This document shows positions 48,820 through 53,641 of a stretch of DNA of 53,641 nucleotides, in pieces. The position numbers and the translations under genes were made by a program. Source of the stretch: Octopus bimaculoides (taxonomy: Eukaryota). Positions within the stretch are counted from its first letter, which is position 1; each line of letters starts with the position of its first letter. The stretch spans positions 123,297,790 to 123,351,430 of the forward strand of contig NC_068983.1 in NCBI RefSeq assembly GCF_001194135.2, written 5' to 3'. The notes under the pieces were generated by a model, which saw only the letters and a list, made by a program, of their open reading frames with translations, did no database searches and was not told the DNA's origin.

Positions 48820-51800
48820 CTTCGACGGAGTAACAGTTATATATACAACTTGAACAGACACACATATCAGTGATAGGTTAGGGCATGGAATCTTCCAAAC
48901 GGATGTATTACATGTCGCTTAGTCGAATTACACCATTGTTTACTCCACAAATGTTTTGTCATCAATACTGCACTTTCCCATATCACCTGTTTCAACATGA
49001 TATATATACAAACTATACCATTTTAATCCCAGGCAATGCCGGGTATCTCTGCTATTCTACAATAAATCAATTACTAAAATTTTAGCATTTGTCAATTAAC
49101 ATATAAAATCCCAAGCAATTTAACATTTCTGCATAAATGAGAATAAGGAATAATAGATACCCATTTGATAGATTATCTTTGCAAATACATGGTGTCTTAT
49201 TGAAATGAGTATCAATGCTAATATAGAAACCACATTTAATGAAAATTTAAATACTGAATTCAAAAGACTGATTTGTCTGAGATTTTATGATTTCTATAGT
49301 TAAGCTATTTGTTTAATATTCTAATTCTTTCTTTAAGGACATACAAACTAAAACTTACTTTTCACTTTCTCCAACCCAACTTGAAAGGAGATTAGCACTC
49401 GATATGGAATAAAATGTAGAGGTTATTGCTGAAGAAAGGGCAAGTGCCAAACGAGATTTTCCAGTTCCTGGTGGTCCATACAATAATATTCTTTTCCAAG
49501 GTCTTCTATTTCCTAAAAAAAAAAATAATAATGAAAAAAAAAAAAAAAGATATATAGTGATGTTACTTAATTTAAAGACAAGAGTCTTGAAATGAAAGAG
49601 ATGATAGAATTTGAGGAAAAAGATGAATGATAAATGAAAGGCATTTAAGAGATAACATAATTTCAGATCAAATTGTGCTATGGTAATGGACAGATGCTAT
49701 CCATTCCCCATGCTTATTCCCCTGAGCTTAACAAACTCTTAATTTCAATTAATTGTCAAATTCAGACCTAACATTAGAGCTTATAATTCCTATAATCACA
49801 TGTCACAGGTACTAAAGATCAAAATACAAATAGACTAGGAGTGTATACACATATATGGTTGGGCCGTCCATAAATAACTTTCACATTTAATTGCATCCTC
49901 CAATCAGGAACCACTATTTGCTCAAATGTACATTTATAACACAGTATATAAAACTGGATTATTGAATGGGAATACTAAACAGACTAGACAGGGATGTCAT
50001 GAGATTACTACTAATTATGATGCTAAAAGAGGAAATTTGCAGCTCTATTTCACAATAACAGTAAAAGACATTTCATCTCTATTAAAACTCAAGATTTGTC
50101 ATTTCATCTATATATATAAAACTGAGAATGTGTGTCTGTCTGTATGTGTGCATCACTAAAACTCGAGAACTACCCAACCAATTTCATTCAAATTTTACAC
50201 AGGCCTTATTTAGGGTCCATGCAGTGTCATGGATCAAACAATTTTTGAACTTCTTGCCTAATGTGAGCCCAGAGCAATCTCTTATCACTTACAGTATTTC
50301 AGTATGGCCACTGATAAAAAATTTTTTTGCAAAAGAGAAACAATAACATCTCTATTGTAATGTGAGATAATACTTTCAGTTTAGTACTTTCACTATTAAT
50401 ACTGAAACTATTATCTCACATATATACATGTATACACACACATATATATATATTATGTACTTCTAATATAAGGATAACATTTTTTTCAAAAAAATTTTTT
50501 ATCAGTGGCCAGCATATTAAAATACCTTTTAAGGTGAAAATTATAAGCAATTATAAATAAGATCAAAAGAAAAAATTTCTATGCCAATATGCCGAAAAAA
50601 TAAACTTTGTATCGTCTAACCACATACAATATTTCACTATAAATATACAGCGTGTTGAATCAAGGAAAGCAAGCTAACAGAAATTTTTTAAAATCCCATT
50701 ATCCTCGAATCTGACCGATTTCTGGATTAATTCAAATGGATCCTTCCTTCGTCAGCAAGGTACACTAGTTAAATGATAATTACAGAAAAACCAACATTGG
50801 TTAAAGTATACATTGGGTCATCCCATAAATAATTCAGTTTTTTTCAATTGCATGAACTAAAAGTTGGAGGGGGATGGAATAAACTACCTGCTTCAACTTG
50901 CTATAAAAACAGGTAGTAATTTTACCTTGTCCTTATTCTTAGTGCANNNNNNNNNNNNNNNNNNNNNNNNNNNNNNNNNNNNNNNNNNNNNNNNNNNNNN
51001 NNNNNTTTAAGTTATTTTTTCAAAGCTATAATGGAAGTGACAAAGGAGCATATTTAGCATATTTTGCTTTATGAGTTCAATAAAAGCGATAATGCAACAG
51101 AAAATACAAGGAATATTAATGCAGTATATGGGGATTGCATAACATGTGTAAGCCAGCTTCAATGATGGTTCCAGAAATTCTGAGCCAGAAACTACAGCCT
51201 AGAAGATAAGCTTCATCCTGGAAGATCTGTAGTGCTCAACAAGGATGTTGTGCAAACCCTGGTGGAACAAAATCCCATTGTAACTGTTGAAGAACTAGCA
51301 GAGAAGCTTGGATTTGGTCATTCAATCATTTGACACCTGCATGCCATTGGAAAAGTTAGCAAACTGGGTCAATGGGTTCCTCACAAACTTTCCAATTGTG
51401 TGCAGAAAGTGAATGTGTGCTCTTCTTTGTTGTCACATCTCACAAATGAACCTTTTTTGGAGTGAATAGTGGTGAGAAATGGGTTCTCCATAAAAATGTC
51501 AAGCGCTGAAGACAGTGGGTAGGGAAAGGTGAAACACCAGCACCCCAGGCTAAAGAAAGTCTTCACCCATGTAAGGTGTTGTTATCTGTTTGGTGGGATA
51601 TGAAAGGTTTAGTCCACTTTCTATGCTCAGCCACATTCAGCAAGGATGACATTCCAAAGGCTGGAACAGTTTGAATAGGAAACGATGCCCCACCTACCAT
51701 ATTCGCTGGACATTTCTCCATCTAATTATTATTTATTCCAGTCTTCAAAATCATTTGAACAGAAAAAATATGAATTTTGTAGATGAGGTCAGAACAGTAC

Positions 51801-52231
51801 TGGAGGAGTATTTTTTGTCACAGACAAGTGAATTTTGGAAGAAGGGCCTTGCAAGTCTACCAGATAAAGAGCATTGTAGAAAATGAATGAGAGTATATTT
51901 TAGATAAAACAAGAACTTTATCTTAATTTTGAAAATAAAGGAAGTATAAAAAAAACACATTATTTATGAGATGACCCAATATATTTGGCTGGAAACATTG
52001 GAAAATCATTATGTACAAAATTAGAATCAACACTGTAATTAAAGAAGATATTGCTGTACTCATCATTTAGATATTTACCCGTAAAAAGATGTGGAAACTG
52101 CAAGGGCATTATAATAGCTTCATATAATGCCTGTTTGGCATCAGATAAACCAGCAACATCATTAAATGTCAAATGGCTTTTGGTATATATGCTGTCTTCA
52201 ATGGCAGTTATTCGGTTTTGTTTAAATTTAC
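37689..52231 (-). CDS. VPS4: Divergent VPS4-family AAA ATPase, 5'-partial, 7 exons: complement(join(52079..52231,49359..49512,47889..47937,44020..44246,40386..40573,39692..39768,37689..37814))
   Basis: All introns GT-AG and in phase. Walker A GPPGTGKS, pore loop SSWVGESEK, Walker [36 protein letters not shown], beta-domain-like insert and Vps4_C-like tail ([10 protein letters not shown]...[11 protein letters not shown]). The symbol is family-level; this is a VPS4-like paralogue rather than a confident orthologue. Confidence 0.88.
38300..38680 (-). mobile_element. tRNA-derived SINE with internal (GT)n, older copy
   Basis: Reverse-complement homologue of 46951-47445. Confidence 0.75.
39692..39768 (-). 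CDS. VPS4: VPS4-like exon, beta-domain region ([26 protein letters not shown])
   Basis: tgcag acceptor, GTAAGT donor, 77 nt, phase 1-0. Confidence 0.88.
40008..40310 (-). mobile_element. RTE-tail SINE
   Basis: Closely matches 9745-10030. Confidence 0.82.
40386..40573 (-). CDS. VPS4: VPS4-like exon ([13 protein letters not shown]...[30 protein letters not shown])
   Basis: tttccag acceptor, GTATGA donor, 188 nt, phase 2-1. Confidence 0.92.
42860..43090 (-). mobile_element. tRNA-derived SINE (Nin/Inv-like family) with (AAT)n tail
   Basis: Same core as 11060 and 29545. Confidence 0.75.
44020..44246 (-). CDS. VPS4: VPS4-like exon with Walker B and SRH ([14 protein letters not shown]...[15 protein letters not shown])
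   Basis: tttag acceptor, GTAAAT donor, 227 nt, phase 0-2. Confidence 0.93.
45040..46215 (-). mobile_element. Probable PLE relic: about 370-bp direct repeats (45040-45420 and 45845-46215) around a decayed coding fragment
   Basis: Direct duplication is visible; minus-strand YYYKLPYY recalls the PLE RT-EN linker. Confidence 0.45.
46635..46825 (+). mobile_element. tRNA-derived SINE fragment (Nin/Inv-like family)
   Basis: aaggtcagctttgccttttattctttcagagtcaataaaataaagtacc. Confidence 0.65.
46951..47445 (+). mobile_element. tRNA-derived SINE with central gap and (GT)n
   Basis: Head ggcgcaggagtggctgtgtggtaag...ggttcagtccc, ccttgggcaagt domain, gtaaaa-repeat tail. Confidence 0.8.
47889..47937 (-). 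CDS. VPS4: VPS4-like 49-nt exon ([17 protein letters not shown])
   Basis: ttcctag acceptor, GTAAGT donor, phase 2-0; bridges the flanking exons exactly. Confidence 0.85.
48096..49055 (+). mobile_element. Non-autonomous Helitron-like element with internal tandem repeat
   Basis: 5' a|TCtatata..., 3' GC hairpin cccaggcaatgccggg followed by ctat(t), compare CTAG; internal block shared with the 50107 copy. Confidence 0.55.
49359..49512 (-). CDS. VPS4: VPS4-like exon with Walker A and pore loop 1 ([22 protein letters not shown]...SSWVGESEK)
   Basis: Poly-T acceptor, GTAAGT donor, 154 nt, phase 1-2. Confidence 0.93.
50107..50410 (+). mobile_element. Helitron-like 5' fragment
   Basis: TCtatatatataaaa start, ccaatttcattcaaattttacac and taacatct.tattgtaatgtga shared with the 48096 element. 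Confidence 0.5.
50811..51981 (+). mobile_element. Full-length decayed mariner (DD34D-type) transposon
   Basis: TIRs [c/t]attgggtcatc[c/t]cataaataa with TA TSDs; ATG at 51031 ([17 protein letters not shown]), [14 protein letters not shown]; many stops. Confidence 0.88.
52079..52231 (-). CDS. VPS4: VPS4-like exon ([52 protein letters not shown])
   Basis: AG acceptor, GTAAAT donor, 153 nt, phase 1-1; typical pre-Walker-A segment of meiotic-clade AAA proteins. Confidence 0.9.
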
Positions 52232-52574
52232 CTATTAATGAGATTAATGGTCAGAATTTGTAATCTATTATAAATACTAATTAGCAAAATAATTAAAAAA
52301 GAAAAAAAAAATTAATAACAAAAGGAATATTTTCAGCTGATGTCCATAGCTGGGATGGAATTTCTAAGTCACAATTTTTTTTTTTTCACATACTGTAAAT
52401 TCTCAAGGGAAATGAGTTCAGAAGTCTGTTAAACTGATGATAATTTAGGAGGCATCTTTCCTCTCTCTCTCATGCACATCCTTACATGATTTCCTTTACA
52501 ACACATACACAGCCTTTCTTTTATCTTAGTCATTCTTTACTCTACCTACTAACTACTCTAACAGTATTTTTCAA

Positions 52575-52930
52575 CATCATCCTCATCATCTGCTATCTGT
52601 TTTCCATGCTGGCATGGGTAAGAAAATTTGACTGGGGCTGGTAAGCCAGAGAGCTGCACCAGGTTCCAGTCTATTTTGGCTAGGTTTCTACAGCTGGATG
52701 CCCTTCCTAATGTCAACCACTCCACAGAATGTACTGGGTGTCTATTACATGTCACTAGCACAGATGCTTTCTATGTATCACTGGCACAGGTGCCTTTTAT
52801 ATATCACTGGTACAGGTGCCCTTAATGTGTTACTGGCACAGGTGCTTTCATATATCAATGGTACTGGCCATGACTACAATGTCACTTAGCTTGACATGTC
52901 TTCGCGAGTACAGCAAATTACCAAATGTCT
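52575..52930 (-). mobile_element. RTE-tail SINE, older copy with internal short repeats
   Basis: tttctacagctggatgcccttcctaa core. Confidence 0.75.
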
Positions 52931-53489
52931 CAGGCACATTTTTCATTTTCTCTATTTCTTTTTGCTATTGATTCTTTTTTGTGTTTTTATTTTGTTTAAA
53001 TTTTTTACTCCTTTCCATATTGTTCTATAGATTATTTTATTAATTTTTTTCCATCTCTGCTCTCAATTGTTTATATCTTCAGTACTTCTCCATTAATGTA
53101 ATAAATTATTACTTATTGACATATATTGTCATTTTATCTATTATATCTGAAATCTTTTAAATTAGCGTCCACTAAATTAATAAGCATTCTTTAATGTAAA
53201 AGTTGGGTCGTAATAATACTGAACATGAATAGAAGATTAATTACAAATATTACTGAGCTAATCCACACAAAATAGGATAAAGTGTCTTTTTAATAAATGT
53301 AGGGAGAGGACCAAATCAATAAGTTCCTCAGAGTTCTTGAATATATCTTTAAATAAGAAGCCAATATAATGTACTTCAAAGAAAATATTATATAATCAAT
53401 ACAAAAGGATTGTGTGTGTACACATAAAATGTTTCATATACTACCATTCATATTGCATAAGATTCTTAAACAATGAAATATATTCTACC

Positions 53490-53641
53490 TATCATCATCA
53501 TCATCGTTTAACATCCGCTTTCCATGCTAGCATGGGTTGGACGATTTGACTTAGGAATGGTGAAACCAGATGGCTACACCAGGCTCCAATCTGATTTGGC
53601 AGAATTTCTACAGCTGGATGCGCTTCCTAATGCCAACCACT
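53490..53641 (-). mobile_element. RTE-tail SINE, truncated by the window end
   Basis: Matches the 40008 copy. Confidence 0.8.

Noticed and set aside
52232-53641. Further upstream VPS4-like exon (MIT domain)
   Set aside because: No open minus-strand segment with a suitable acceptor and phase-1 donor was found; the region is mostly SINE and AT-rich intron.
1-53641. CRISPR arrays, rRNA or prokaryotic operon-like systems
   Set aside because: No regularly spaced repeats or rRNA-like sequence; the DNA is intron-rich eukaryotic.

Overview
AT-rich eukaryotic (animal) scaffold with many N gaps. The repeat families look like those of octopus (coleoid cephalopod); that assignment is an inference. Two multi-exon genes face each other tail-to-tail. 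(1) A complete 9-coding-exon RNI-like leucine-rich-repeat gene on + (ATG 8891, stop 34338-34340, 392 aa; all introns GT-AG and all phases consistent). (2) The 3' seven exons of a divergent VPS4-family AAA ATPase on - (52231 down to the stop at 37689; the 5' end lies outside the window or was not found). The rest is a dense mobile-element landscape: R4/Dong-like and RTE LINE relics, at least two clades of Penelope-like elements (PLEs), several tRNA-derived SINE families, Tc1/mariner relics and foldback derivatives, and Helitron-like elements. Two observations stand out. The first is a PLE terminal module carrying a tRNA-like Pol III head and a minimal hammerhead ribozyme, one copy of which has moved on its own with a 14-bp TSD. 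The second is a near-perfect 128-bp hairpin in LRR intron 3, one arm of which is 20/22 nt complementary to the last codons of the neighbouring VPS4-like mRNA.
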